Shown here piece by piece: positions 17,466 through 27,600 of a stretch of 37,239 bases of DNA. The stretch comes from a virus (Duplodnaviria > Caudoviricetes), in the IMG/VR virus record IMGVR_UViG_3300029448_000142, positions 1-37,239 of that record; one strand, given 5' to 3'. Under the pieces are notes generated by a model. The model searched no databases and had not been told where the DNA came from. It saw only the letters and a list, made by a program, of their open reading frames with translations. Both the position numbers and the translations under genes were made by a program. Positions within the stretch are counted from its first letter, which is position 1; the number at the start of each line of letters is the position of its first letter.

Positions 17466-17526
17466 TGCAGATGGGACCTAAGCTCCAGTAAGGAGAGCGG
17501 AACCTGGATACCCAGGCCCCACTGCA
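17466..17526 (-). promoter_or_regulatory. long hairpin after capsid gene with anti-SD loop (terminator/regulatory RNA)
   Basis: TGCAG-TGGGGCCTGGG-TA-TCCAG [GTTCCGCTCTCCTTA] CTGGA-G-CTTAGGTCCCA-T-CTGCA-TTTT. Confidence 0.6.
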
Positions 17527-17556
17527 AGTACTACAGTTACTAGCTATCTATGAAAC

Positions 17557-18969
17557 TTAAGACAGACCAGTAATCATTCCAGAATCGGAATGGTTCACAT
17601 GCTTGTTTGAAATCTCACCCACTACGAAATGAGTATCTGCATCGCCATTTTTACTAAGCAAAGTACGAGTAAACGGACGCAGTACACACTGCTTAAACAT
17701 GGATGGGTCAACCAAGAATGCGTGAGTTGACAATTGATTTCTGTTAATCACGGTTCGTAACTCTCCGAATGGAGTAAGTATTACGTCAATAACATTAATT
17801 AATGTCTTTGCATCGATTTCACGGTTACGACCAGTGGCTGTAGCGAACCCGGCCACAATAGTGGCATCAGCTGGCTTAATCATAAGCACAGTTGGCTCAG
17901 AACCATTGGTATAACAGGTCTGATGTAGCTCAATCAACTTAGCCTCTGTAAGCGCGTCAGTTGAACTGGAACCTGCATCTACAGTAGTAGAAATCTGTTG
18001 TGAGACAGAAGCCATCTTACGAGCAGCACTTGCACTACCTGTAACAGCAGCTTGGTCAACACCAATCATTGCCTTTTCAACATCAAGCTTTACAGCTTTT
18101 AGTGTCTTGGCGAGGGCATCATTCGCCAATCTTCGCTCAAGGTCGTTACTCTTGAACCGTCTTTATCCTTAAGACTGCTTATGCTTTCGACATAAGATGA
18201 GACTATATCATCACCTGTTGTATAAACAGGGTCATGCGCTTCCACCCACTTGGGTGTACTCCCTTCCGGGATAGTCGTTGCACCTTCCCTAGTAACTAGG
18301 GCTTGGCTCAGGATTACCATATCTTTCGACTTAGGCTTCCCCTGAATTCACATGATTTAGGCAGCGCATACCATTTTTAACGCTGTTTCTTTTGCTCGAC
18401 CATGGGTTTTAACCGCATCAACTGTACCAGCAACTTTAAATGCTTCACCGATGATTTGAGTCGTGTTAGAACGAACAGTAGGCTGACCAATAGCTGTAGT
18501 TGAAGCATCAGCTCCTTCTACGAGCGCATTGACTCCAGCTGCCCTAATAGAATCTTCAAGAAATTCAAATGTACGAGCAGATACTTTTTCAGTCTTTATC
18601 ATTGACTGGAATGGTGTGGATGTCACTTATGTTCAAGTAGGCTCGTTATTTCCTACTCCGTCCTCTTCAAGACTGCAGCATATTTCTATACTGGTCAGAC
18701 TATATCTTCACCCTCTATAAAAGAGGGGCTAGGTGCTTCCACTCACTTGAGTGTACTCCCTTTCGGGATAGTCGTTGAACCTTCCTCTTGCGAGGCTCGG
18801 CTGCTGATTGTCGGTAGCCACCACAGCTACTACGATTTTCCAGCAATTCTCCTAGTTACAACTATAGATTACTCTACAGCGGCCCAATCTGTTTAGGCGA
18901 AATGTTTGCAATCGTTTGCGAAACGTCTTCACTCATACCAATAGTTTGATAAGTTTGTAGTAAACTCAT
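17557..18969 (-). CDS. major capsid protein (SU10/DUF5309-type), spliced: join(18969..18895, 18623..18380, 18119..17557), 293 aa
   Basis: Joined exons read MSLLQTYQTIGMSEDVSQTIANISP|TSTPFQSMI...NTTQI...GRAKETAY|ALAKTLKAVKLDVE...LRPF...; 882 nt in frame; follows scaffold gene. Confidence 0.9.
18120..18379 (-). ncRNA. group I intron 2 (IA2-like, 260 nt, no ORF) in capsid gene
   Basis: P GAATTCAGGGGAA, Q AATCCTGAGC, R GTGCAACGACTA, S TGATATAGTCT; P1 CAGCGU/GCGCUG with U.G at the splice site; P10 GGUAU/AUGCC; terminal G 18120. Confidence 0.93.
18624..18894 (-). ncRNA. group I intron 1 (IA2-like, 271 nt, no ORF) in capsid gene
   Basis: P GAATTGCTGGAAA, Q AATCAGCAGCC, R GTTCAACGACTA, S AAGATATAGTCT; P1 GCCU/GGGC with U.G; terminal G 18624. 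Confidence 0.93.
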
Positions 18970-19007
18970 TGTTAATTACCTTTATAAAAAATTGAGATTA
19001 GTTAGCA

Positions 19008-20057
19008 TCATTCCCAATTAGACATAATGACATCTGCAATGTTATCCAAGTCACTACTATTACTTCGTAGGCGGTCCACATTCTTCTGCTGACGTTCACG
19101 CTTAATGTCAGTTTTAGACGGTGGTGCCTTCTTAGTTCGTAGGACTTTTTTCGCTGCTTTGGCTTTTTTCACGGTGGCTACCTTAGTAGTTTGGTCAAAC
19201 ATGCGAGCCTTATTCAGTAACATAATGACATTAGGATCGACATATTGATTGACGGCTTCTTCAGGTAAACCGTTAGTAATGGCGTACTGACGGATGTCGT
19301 TATACATCGAATTGTTCCAGTCAGGGATTTCTCTCTGCAGAACTTTGACACATTCCTTCGCTTGTTCTTGCATAGCTTGGGACTGTTGATTTTTAACGTA
19401 TCCGTAGAAACCATCGGCCTCTTCAGTTAGGAACTTGAGGTCATCTTCGGCTTGTTTAGCTTCTGCCCTAAGTTGGGTAAAATCCTCAGCACTCATGTTT
19501 TTAGACGCAACTAGCATGTCTACTTCAGAGTAAGGTTTGAACCGTTCTTGGGCTCGACTAATCATTGCCTGTAATGACGCATCAGCTTTTTGCAGTTGTT
19601 CATCAGCCATCTTGCGCTGTGATGCTGTTTCTTGAGACTTTCTAGTTAAAGACGCTTCTTGACCATACAATCTTTTGAGGTCTTTGATAGATGCCTGCTT
19701 AGACTCACCATCAACACTAATTTCTACCAGGGTGTCATCGTCAAACGCAACGACTTCAGCTTCTTCGCTGTCATCATCTTGTTCTTCTGCTTCTTCCTGG
19801 TCATCTTCAGTGTCTTCAGACTCGTCCTCTTCTTCAGGGTCCTCATCGTCCTCTTCGTACTCTAGGTCTTCAGTTTCATCTTCAGTTTCGACAGATTCTT
19901 CTACTCTAGTCTCACTTGTAGTTTCATCTGTTGCCTCTTGTTCTTCTTTGGATACCGTTTCCGGGTCCTCCCAATTTCCAAGTATGGCTTCTGCAGCATC
20001 GTCTAATGTGAGTGCTGCTTCAGAAATGGAATTGCTATTGACGTTACCGTTAGGCAT
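19008..20057 (-). CDS. capsid scaffolding protein
   Basis: Very acidic N-half, ISVDGE....SIKDLKR.Y....LTRKSQE, coiled coil; between portal and capsid. Confidence 0.85.
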   Translation of the reverse strand: MPNGNVNSNSISEAALTLDDAAEAILGNWEDPETVSKEEQEATDETTSETRVEESVETEDETEDLEYEEDDEDPEEEDESEDTEDDQEEAEEQDDDSEEAEVVAFDDDTLVEISVDGESKQASIKDLKRLYGQEASLTRKSQETASQRKMADEQLQKADASLQAMISRAQERFKPYSEVDMLVASKNMSAEDFTQLRAEAKQAEDDLKFLTEEADGFYGYVKNQQSQAMQEQAKECVKVLQREIPDWNNSMYNDIRQYAITNGLPEEAVNQYVDPNVIMLLNKARMFDQTTKVATVKKAKAAKKVLRTKKAPPSKTDIKRERQQKNVDRLRSNSSDLDNIADVIMSNWE

Positions 20058-20061
20058 GGTC

Positions 20062-20343
20062 TTATTCCTCTTCAGTAGTTACTTCTTCTTCATCGTTAGT
20101 TTCATTTACCTTGGCATCGATTTGGTCACGCACTTCGACTTGCTGCCGCAAAGTATTCACAATGTCTACCACAGCACGATAGTGTGCATAGGCTTCAGTT
20201 CTTTTGTCTGACTCATCAGGTGCAGAAGCTAAGAATGATTGGACAGTAGAGTCCACCATAAGATTGATGGTTCTTGTGAATGACTCTGTTGCAAGCAGAG
20301 TTTCCGCGTCATTACCAAGTACAGTTAGTTCTTCTTCAGTCAT
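20062..20343 (-). CDS. hypothetical protein between portal and scaffold
   Basis: AAGGAG RBS before ATG 20343. Confidence 0.75.
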   Translation of the reverse strand: MTEEELTVLGNDAETLLATESFTRTINLMVDSTVQSFLASAPDESDKRTEAYAHYRAVVDIVNTLRQQVEVRDQIDAKVNETNDEEEVTTEEE

Positions 20344-20382
20344 TTTGCTCTCCTTTAAGAACATAGGTTTTAGGTCAATGCA

Positions 20383-22416
20383 TTAACCATTAGGTGATGC
20401 AATGGCAGTAATCTCATCAGCTTGTTGAGCTAGTAGTAGCTCCGCTGCAGCGATTAACTTCTTGTGCTTCAGCTGCTCTTCCTTGAGGTCAAGGTTGTCA
20501 GACTGTATAGCGTGTTGATTCTCAGCTTTTGCTCTTTCAAGCTCTAGCTTCATTTGATTAATCTGTGCTTCTACCTGAGCCTTAGTTTCTGCCATGGCCG
20601 TCTGCCGCTCTTGTATCTCAAGCTGCTTCTGCGCCATTTGCATCTGCATTTCTTCTGCAGGGTCTGGTTGCTCAGGTGGTAGATTCTCAGGATTAGTAAG
20701 GTAGGCACTGACTTCTTTAATACCTGTCAGCTCCATAATCTTTGATGCTAAAGCATACTGGTTAGGTGCTTGGTACATCTTTGATAGGTTAGGGTCATTA
20801 GTCATCATTGCATGAAGTGCTAGGTACTTCTGAGACTCTTTCTCTTGCTCTCCATAGCCAAGGTTTAACTCGATGACAACATCGCGCTTTTCTTTCCAGT
20901 CGCGTGGATTACAAGGTACATACTTACCAGACAACTCGACAATGCGTTCCTGCTGCTCATTCTCACAGACCAGCTGGTAAACTTCTTGAAACAATGGCTT
21001 AACAAACTGAGTAGCAAAGTTACGAGCAATTATCTTTTGTCTCTGCTGAGACATGGTCGCAAGTTGCTCAACCATTGCAGCTGAGTTTTGCTTGCTAATA
21101 GCATCTTTGTTAAGGCCCTGAGACATCTTAGACACGCCTGTAGTGTCTTCTTTGTCTTCGTCTAGCATCTGTATTGTGTTAAATATGAATGGGTTTAGAG
21201 GAGCTTGCATCATAGGTGCAATGGCATCTGCACGGCTTACGTTAACAATACCGCCTACCCGGTTATCAATCAGCTCACGCGGATTAGTAAGACCACCTTT
21301 GACTACTGTGTAACGTGGGTTATTAGTAATCATGGCGTGGTCTAAGATAGACCTAGTCAATATAGTCCTAGCATTTTGAGTAGCAACTACTTTGTCTGCA
21401 TAGTTGTTACCATAGAAGCTATGAGGTACTGGTAGAGGTACAAAAGTAACGAATGGTTTTCTAGCGGACTTCTCTTTTAGTAGTAATACGTTACCTGCTT
21501 TGATGACACGGTATAACTCAGCGACACCTGAGCCTTCAACGTCTAACATAATGTAGGCTTCATAGACCATGACGTTACGGACTTGGTCCTGGTAACCACC
21601 AGTCTTTGTGCCACGGAAGTTTCCTACATTGTCAAACCTAGCAAGGACTTCTGGGTCTGTATCCATGTCGACATCGTGGTGTTCACCAATCTTTTCTATA
21701 AGCTTTTCTGAGTAACCTTCGAGACGTAGGTCAGACAGTGTCTTCTTAGTTCTGTGGGCACAGAAGTTAACGTCTTCTAGGCTTTTTGCTTGTGTTTCAA
21801 TAAGAAACTCTTCTGGAGCTACGTTCTCAATGATTACTTGGCTAGTGTCAGACTCAATACTTATGCTGCCAGAGATTAACCCAAGCTCGTCAGTGGTGCT
21901 TTCTGTTAACTCTACGCCTTCTTGTGCAAGCAGTAGGTTTAACTCACTATCAGTAATATCAGTGAAATCTTCATAGTCATAATCAACAGACTCTTCCCAG
22001 AATACTTTGACAACTCCTGCTCTAGCAATGAGGCCATCATGGATAACTGTAGACATAGTCGTGTAGAGGTCATTCTGACGGTGTACAACATAATCAGTGT
22101 ACTCAGTGCATACTTTGGCTTTCTCTACGTCATCTTCATTTTGTGCAGCAAAGCGCACTGTCTTGTTTCCACTGGAGAAGGTTTCAAGTAAAGCTGCCTT
22201 AAGGCTCTCTACTGCATCGTAGACATCTAAAGAAACATACTTAGAGTTACCCTCATGTACTGGTCTGGGCAAAGTTCCATTGTAATAGTCGATTATCTTT
22301 GCTCTTTCTGTAGATAGCTCTGAGTCTGCATATCCGACAGATAAGCCTACCTGCTCGTCTACCAAAGCAACGATGTTGCTATCTGACAGTTTTTTCTCTT
22401 TTAGCTTCTTTGCCAT
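20383..22416 (-). CDS. portal protein
   Basis: 677 aa after terminase; DYYNG, SKYVSLDV.DAVE, DGLIARAGVVKVFW, ENVAPEEFLI, Gln-rich C-terminal coil. Confidence 0.9.
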   Translation of the reverse strand: MAKKLKEKKLSDSNIVALVDEQVGLSVGYADSELSTERAKIIDYYNGTLPRPVHEGNSKYVSLDVYDAVESLKAALLETFSSGNKTVRFAAQNEDDVEKAKVCTEYTDYVVHRQNDLYTTMSTVIHDGLIARAGVVKVFWEESVDYDYEDFTDITDSELNLLLAQEGVELTESTTDELGLISGSISIESDTSQVIIENVAPEEFLIETQAKSLEDVNFCAHRTKKTLSDLRLEGYSEKLIEKIGEHHDVDMDTDPEVLARFDNVGNFRGTKTGGYQDQVRNVMVYEAYIMLDVEGSGVAELYRVIKAGNVLLLKEKSARKPFVTFVPLPVPHSFYGNNYADKVVATQNARTILTRSILDHAMITNNPRYTVVKGGLTNPRELIDNRVGGIVNVSRADAIAPMMQAPLNPFIFNTIQMLDEDKEDTTGVSKMSQGLNKDAISKQNSAAMVEQLATMSQQRQKIIARNFATQFVKPLFQEVYQLVCENEQQERIVELSGKYVPCNPRDWKEKRDVVIELNLGYGEQEKESQKYLALHAMMTNDPNLSKMYQAPNQYALASKIMELTGIKEVSAYLTNPENLPPEQPDPAEEMQMQMAQKQLEIQERQTAMAETKAQVEAQINQMKLELERAKAENQHAIQSDNLDLKEEQLKHKKLIAAAELLLAQQADEITAIASPNG

Positions 22417-22418
22417 TT

Positions 22419-23990
22419 TTATACCATCTCTATGTAGTAGCTGTCTGAAGAATCAATAGGGTCCCAGGCACCCTCATGTACATAATTTGCTAAGGCCAAG
22501 GACATAACGCAGTCATCAAAACAACCAGATTCTGCTTGCATAGCACCTGACTCAGTGACGATGTATGTCATCATTTCTCTAATAGTGACTTTGTCATTGA
22601 GTTCTATTTCATTTTCACGCATTGACGCTCTTAGTTTGTCAATAATTAGGGGTTTAGTTTTTGCGGTGGTAGAGAATCCAAGTTTTACAGTTTCTCTGTC
22701 AGTCACCTTGTCGTGCTGTACTTCTGTGTAAAAGTTTCCATAGGCCATGTCTTTACCCAACCGGGTACATGTCAAGATTCCATGACTGTTGTTTTCTACA
22801 CAGATATGAGCTTCGTTGTAGTATTCGCCAAGCTTATAAAGGATTGTCGCAAAGTAATCAGGATGTACATGACCTCGCCATATAGCGACCTGACGCTTCT
22901 TTGAGTCTAATACTTGAGCGCAACTGTAGTCACCGCCACGAACACCCATAGCCACATCAGCCCCGATGACATACTGCTCACCAGGGACATGAGGTCTAAA
23001 GACAAAAAGCTCTCCACGGTGGTTGTTCTCAAACTCATCGCCTTCTAAAGCAAGACGAGCTTCTAAGTCTCTTGTAGAGGTCAACTGTTCTGCTAGTTGC
23101 TCAGGATTGAACACAGGTCTACCAGTAGTCAGAAAGGCTTCATCGGCATACGATGGATACTCCTGACGAAACAAGTCGATACCATTCTGGGCTATCTTCT
23201 TACGCCTAAACATTAGCTGCTCATTGTCTAGGTCATACTTGTCTACTAAGTCTTCTTCTTCAGGAGTCCTTTCAAATGTTTCTGGCACACTCTCACGGTA
23301 CGCAGGGTCAATATACCAAGGGATAAACACAGGAACATAACCATTAGTACCATTGACAGCACCACGCCAAAGGTCATAAAAAATACCGTTGACACCGTTA
23401 GCTGTACTTTCAACAAAAATAGCTGTGCCTGGGGAGTTAGGAACTGCTTGAGTGAGTCCGTTCCAGTTGTCCAAGGCTGTAGATTTTTGCCAGAACGCAA
23501 GTTCTGAAGCGTGGCAATGACTAATTGTTTCACCTCGCCCAATATTCTCAGAACCTGCCGTTGCAACAACAAAAGACGAATCAAGAACATCAAAACTTAA
23601 CTCCCTTCGTGAACTGTATTTAGTGTGTGGTTTAAGAATAGCTGGACAATGTTCGTGGAATCTCTTGGTCATATCAAAGAGAGCCCTAGTAGAATCTGCA
23701 TGGTGTGTAATGACCATGGCTTTTCTAGCTGCTTGCTGACTTACTGAGTAATAAAGGTATCCACCAGTGTAAGTACTAAGACCCTGCTGCCTAGCTTTAA
23801 GAATGATGATGCGTATCTTGCCTTCGGTAGACAATTGGTCATTAACAGCATTGTTAAGTATTGTCTGTGCAGCGTTTATTTTAAGAGGGCGAATCTTGCC
23901 TTCTTTAGTTCTTATCTTGAGGGCAGACTTAGAGTAAAAATCAAAATCAGTCAGCAGTTTCTTCCGTACTTCCTTCAGCTGCTTGTTCAT
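22419..23990 (-). CDS. terL: terminase large subunit
   Basis: LKARQQGLST (Walker A), HASELAFW, ESTANG, YVIGADVAMG..GGDYS, VENNSHG, FDDCVMSLALA. Confidence 0.95.
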   Translation of the reverse strand: MNKQLKEVRKKLLTDFDFYSKSALKIRTKEGKIRPLKINAAQTILNNAVNDQLSTEGKIRIIILKARQQGLSTYTGGYLYYSVSQQAARKAMVITHHADSTRALFDMTKRFHEHCPAILKPHTKYSSRRELSFDVLDSSFVVATAGSENIGRGETISHCHASELAFWQKSTALDNWNGLTQAVPNSPGTAIFVESTANGVNGIFYDLWRGAVNGTNGYVPVFIPWYIDPAYRESVPETFERTPEEEDLVDKYDLDNEQLMFRRKKIAQNGIDLFRQEYPSYADEAFLTTGRPVFNPEQLAEQLTSTRDLEARLALEGDEFENNHRGELFVFRPHVPGEQYVIGADVAMGVRGGDYSCAQVLDSKKRQVAIWRGHVHPDYFATILYKLGEYYNEAHICVENNSHGILTCTRLGKDMAYGNFYTEVQHDKVTDRETVKLGFSTTAKTKPLIIDKLRASMRENEIELNDKVTIREMMTYIVTESGAMQAESGCFDDCVMSLALANYVHEGAWDPIDSSDSYYIEMV

Positions 23991-24450
23991 GTGTTTGCTC
24001 TTCTTCTTCTTCAGTTAAAAGGGATGCCAAAAAGTCTTCGGCTTTACTAATAGAGACATCAGACTTTGTTGCTGGCTTGCTCTTGGTAAAATCTAAGACT
24101 AGACGTGCAGCTGCAAGTCTTTCTCTGGACTGACCGTCTAACCGCATAACTTCTACTGCAGTTGTAAGGGCTTCCTTTTGGTACTCATCTTCAATGTTGT
24201 ATTTATCACTCATAATTTTTACTACCTTTTTAGCGTCCTTTTTAGCTTGTTCTCTGATGGGAGCAATTGTTTCTTTAGTATGTCCGTCAGGAACACCCAT
24301 AGGTCTACCAGGGTTCTTCCTTGGCTTTGTCGACCATTGTCTTCTTAACTCTCGTCCTTCTGGCGTGGACATGAGTGTCTTGAAGTAACTATTTTTTCTC
24401 GCTAGGTTTGGGTTTTTTACCTTTGGGGGTGACTTTTTTCTTGGGCTCAT
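23947..24450 (-). CDS. putative terminase small subunit
   Basis: Basic N-terminus, GRPMGVPDG, RLAAARLVLDFTKSKP; overlaps the terL start. Confidence 0.65.
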   Translation of the reverse strand: MSPRKKSPPKVKNPNLARKNSYFKTLMSTPEGRELRRQWSTKPRKNPGRPMGVPDGHTKETIAPIREQAKKDAKKVVKIMSDKYNIEDEYQKEALTTAVEVMRLDGQSRERLAAARLVLDFTKSKPATKSDVSISKAEDFLASLLTEEEEEQTHEQAAEGSTEETAD

Positions 24451-24649
24451 CTGGTTTTATCTCCTTTGTTAAAACGTCAACCAATGCAGCTCTTGTATTC
24501 TTTTGACCACTGCAGAACATGTCCATAGGAAGGTCTGTCAGCATTTCCTTAAAGACATGCTGCTTTTGTTCTTGGGACAGTAACTTTGATGATTTAACTA
24601 GGTCTACCTGGCTCAAAATGTTGACCAGGTCATATGCTCTCACTTTCAT
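24389..24649 (-). CDS. hypothetical protein
   Basis: AAGGA RBS; packed in operon. Confidence 0.6.
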   Translation of the reverse strand: MKVRAYDLVNILSQVDLVKSSKLLSQEQKQHVFKEMLTDLPMDMFCSGQKNTRAALVDVLTKEIKPDEPKKKVTPKGKKPKPSEKK

Positions 24650-24661
24650 GGGGTTTTCCTT

Positions 24662-27600
24662 CTAGGCTGACAACATCCCAGGTCCTGGAGTCAAGATGCC
24701 TGGGTTCTCTTCTTCTTCTCCACCTATCATTCCTGCCATCAAAATAGCTACGATAGTTGCTAATGGACTAGCAAAGAATTTAACTGGAATGTTACTTTCG
24801 TTGAAATGGTCTTGGATGAACTTATAAGTTGTGGGTAAAAGCTTTTTAGAAGTTTTAGGGTCTATGATAGACAACAGCACTGGATCTTCTGAAAATTCAG
24901 CATCATTTTTAATGTAACCTTCATACTTAAGAAATTCTTCGTCTACTCTTCTATTTGCTTCTTCATCTGTTGCACTAGGATTTTGTTCAAAATAGAGTTC
25001 TTTTGCTAATTTACGGTTTAGCCTTATAGGAAATTCACCTAATTCTGGTGCAGACCCAAACCCAACAAAAGTACCGTTTTGTAAAGCATCGATTTCATCC
25101 TTAATAGATTTTGCTTGCGAATACGTCAAATTACTTACGATATCATTTGCATAGTTCATCCTAATTTTTGCATCAGGAAGCTTTTCTGCAAAAGTAGAAT
25201 CAGGTAAATAATTGCGTTGGGCTGCCGCGACAACTTGAGCTATGCTTTGACGTAAACTACCATCAAAATATTGTTTTTGCTTTTTATCTGCTAAATTATG
25301 CGCAGGTGGTCTTTTTATTGTGTAACTTGGCTCGTTATCCATAGGTCTAGACTCTAGTCCATGAGACATTTCATGAGCTAAAGTTAATAAAGTTTTTCCA
25401 TAATTGCTACGATTTCTTATAGCAACTCTACCGCTTACACCTTCGTTATTAGGCTGAAAAAAACCTTCAGTGCCAATAGGTATATTGTTTTGTGAAAAGT
25501 CTCGTAACTCTTTGTGGGTTTGAAATATACCAATTGAAATGTCTAGCATGTCTGCAAGCTGCTGAAAGTCTTCCATACTAGACAAGCCTTTCTCAAACTT
25601 AGTGCCAGGCTTACCAATGACCATCTGCACAGCACCCTTGGCATCCTCAAGTTTATCCTTGATTTGACCAACGGTAGGTGTAGTGAAGTCGAATGGTATC
25701 TGTGGAGACTCAGGCTGCAGCAACGCTGGCTGCGTAGATAGGTCTATTTCTGCTGTGATTTCTTCTGGTTGTAGAGTTCTACTAGGCTGTTCATCTGCGT
25801 TTCTAACTGTTCTTTGTTCAGGGACAACTGTGCTTTGTCGAACTTCTCCTGGTCCAAGTTTTGGGCGCGGCTGAACTCGGTCGATTGCTGCGTTGAGGTC
25901 TTGTTCATTGAATCCTTCCTTAATTAATAGTTCTTTTAGGCTCGTTGCAAAGTCTTTTCTAACATTCTTAAGTGGAACGCCTAACTTCTTATATAAATCT
26001 TGTTCAGGATACCATATTAGGGCTTGGAATGCAGCAGGTTCAATGCTAAGTCCAGTCTGCTGATTGAACTTTGTAACGGCTGTTTGTACCAGGGAACGTA
26101 AGTGATTACGCTCTGTTCCATTAGTTGGTGAATCAATAGTATTCTTTAGCGAACCTTTAATTGTAAAAGCTGCTTTAGTAGCCTCGCTTTTGACTTTTCT
26201 CTTTGGGTCACCCTTTTTCAAATCATAGAGTTTTCTATTTTTTTTGTAATCAGCTTCATGTAGTTTAATTAATTCAAATGCTTTATCAATGAGCTGTTCT
26301 TTAGATATACGCTTGCGGCCTAATGCTTTTTTAAGGCGGTTCAACTGGTTCTGGAACTTCTTTTCATCGAACTCCATCAGTTTACCTTTAAGACGGCCTA
26401 CGGTTCTCATAAACCACATATCCATTGTAACTGGACTAAAATCACCTCTTAGATTAGTGTAGAAACCATTTCCAACTTTAGGACCAAATACTGCAGAGCC
26501 GTAAACAACCGTATCTACGTTCTCGCCTCCAACTTTACCTTCGTCTCCTAAGTAATTTTGTAAAACTGGGTTTAACTCTTTCACTGTAAATTTTGTCTGT
26601 AAGAAATCAGCTAGAGCTTCCATCGAGCCAAGCTTATTAAGCAACATATTTGCTTTTTTGAAGTTTAACTCCATAACCGCCTGGCTTTTACCCTGCCCAA
26701 TGACCTCAAACTGTCCCTTATCTCTAAAATATTCGTAGGCTTTTTCTGCAATTTTAAGGTTAGTCGGTACGTCCATATTCTGAGACATGATAGAAAGAGC
26801 GACTAGCATTGGAGTCTTTGCGTTTACGTCAGTAGCTATTTCTGGATACTTCAAAGACATCATACTCAGCATTTTTTCAATGGTTAGGTCATACCAGTCC
26901 ATTGCGCTGCCTTCGTCCTGACTATTCATTTCGTAGATAGCTTCAGCTACTAAATCATTAGCAATTAACTCACGGTCTGCAGGGTCAGCAATATCTCTTA
27001 CAGTGCCGCCAATCTTATTTAAGGCTCTGGCTTCTAGGAATTTTGCAACTTCGGTCTTACCCTTCATTTTTGGAAATGTTTCGCTGCCCTCATTTATTGT
27101 ATTAACGTTAGGACTCGTGTCAAAAGCTAATGCAGGACCGTCTGTAAACGATGGCTCCATAGAGGCATTAAGTTCAAGAGAATTTGTTTGTAAAGGGTCA
27201 AACTGAGCATTAACTGAACGTATGTCTGAAGGCTCAAATATTGCTAAATGAGTAGATGGATCGTCTGCAAGACCTACTGAATCATTTAGGTTAAGAAGTT
27301 TAACCCCCTTTTTACCTGTAAGTTTAGCCTTACGCATTAAATCATTAATTTCTAAAGACACCCCTGAATCATCAAATGATTTACCTTCCATATCTTTTAC
27401 TAATAAATCTGCATCCTTTGGTGCATAGATTGGAATAATGTTTTGTCCGTTATTTCTATCACCACTATTAAATTTAAGTTCTAGTTTTTCTGCAGCATCA
27501 AGAAGTTTGTCATATGCATCATGTCCTATAACTGAAATTGGAATGCCATTACTGTCTTTTTTGAAACCAGTAGAATCGATACCAGATTGAGTAAGTAAAC

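Noticed and set aside
18099-18320. 73-aa ORF inside intron 2 as a possible homing endonuclease
   Set aside because: Runs through the ribozyme core, is too short and has no HNH/GIY-YIG/LAGLIDADG motif
17557-18626. Capsid fragments (190 aa and 89 aa) as separate genes, a pseudogene, a frameshift or an intein
   Set aside because: Inserts contain stops and full group I motifs, and splicing restores the frame exactly
19675-20211. 178-aa Ser-rich plus-strand ORF (and the other plus-strand ORFs)
   Set aside because: Antisense shadows of minus-strand genes; no RBS or motif support
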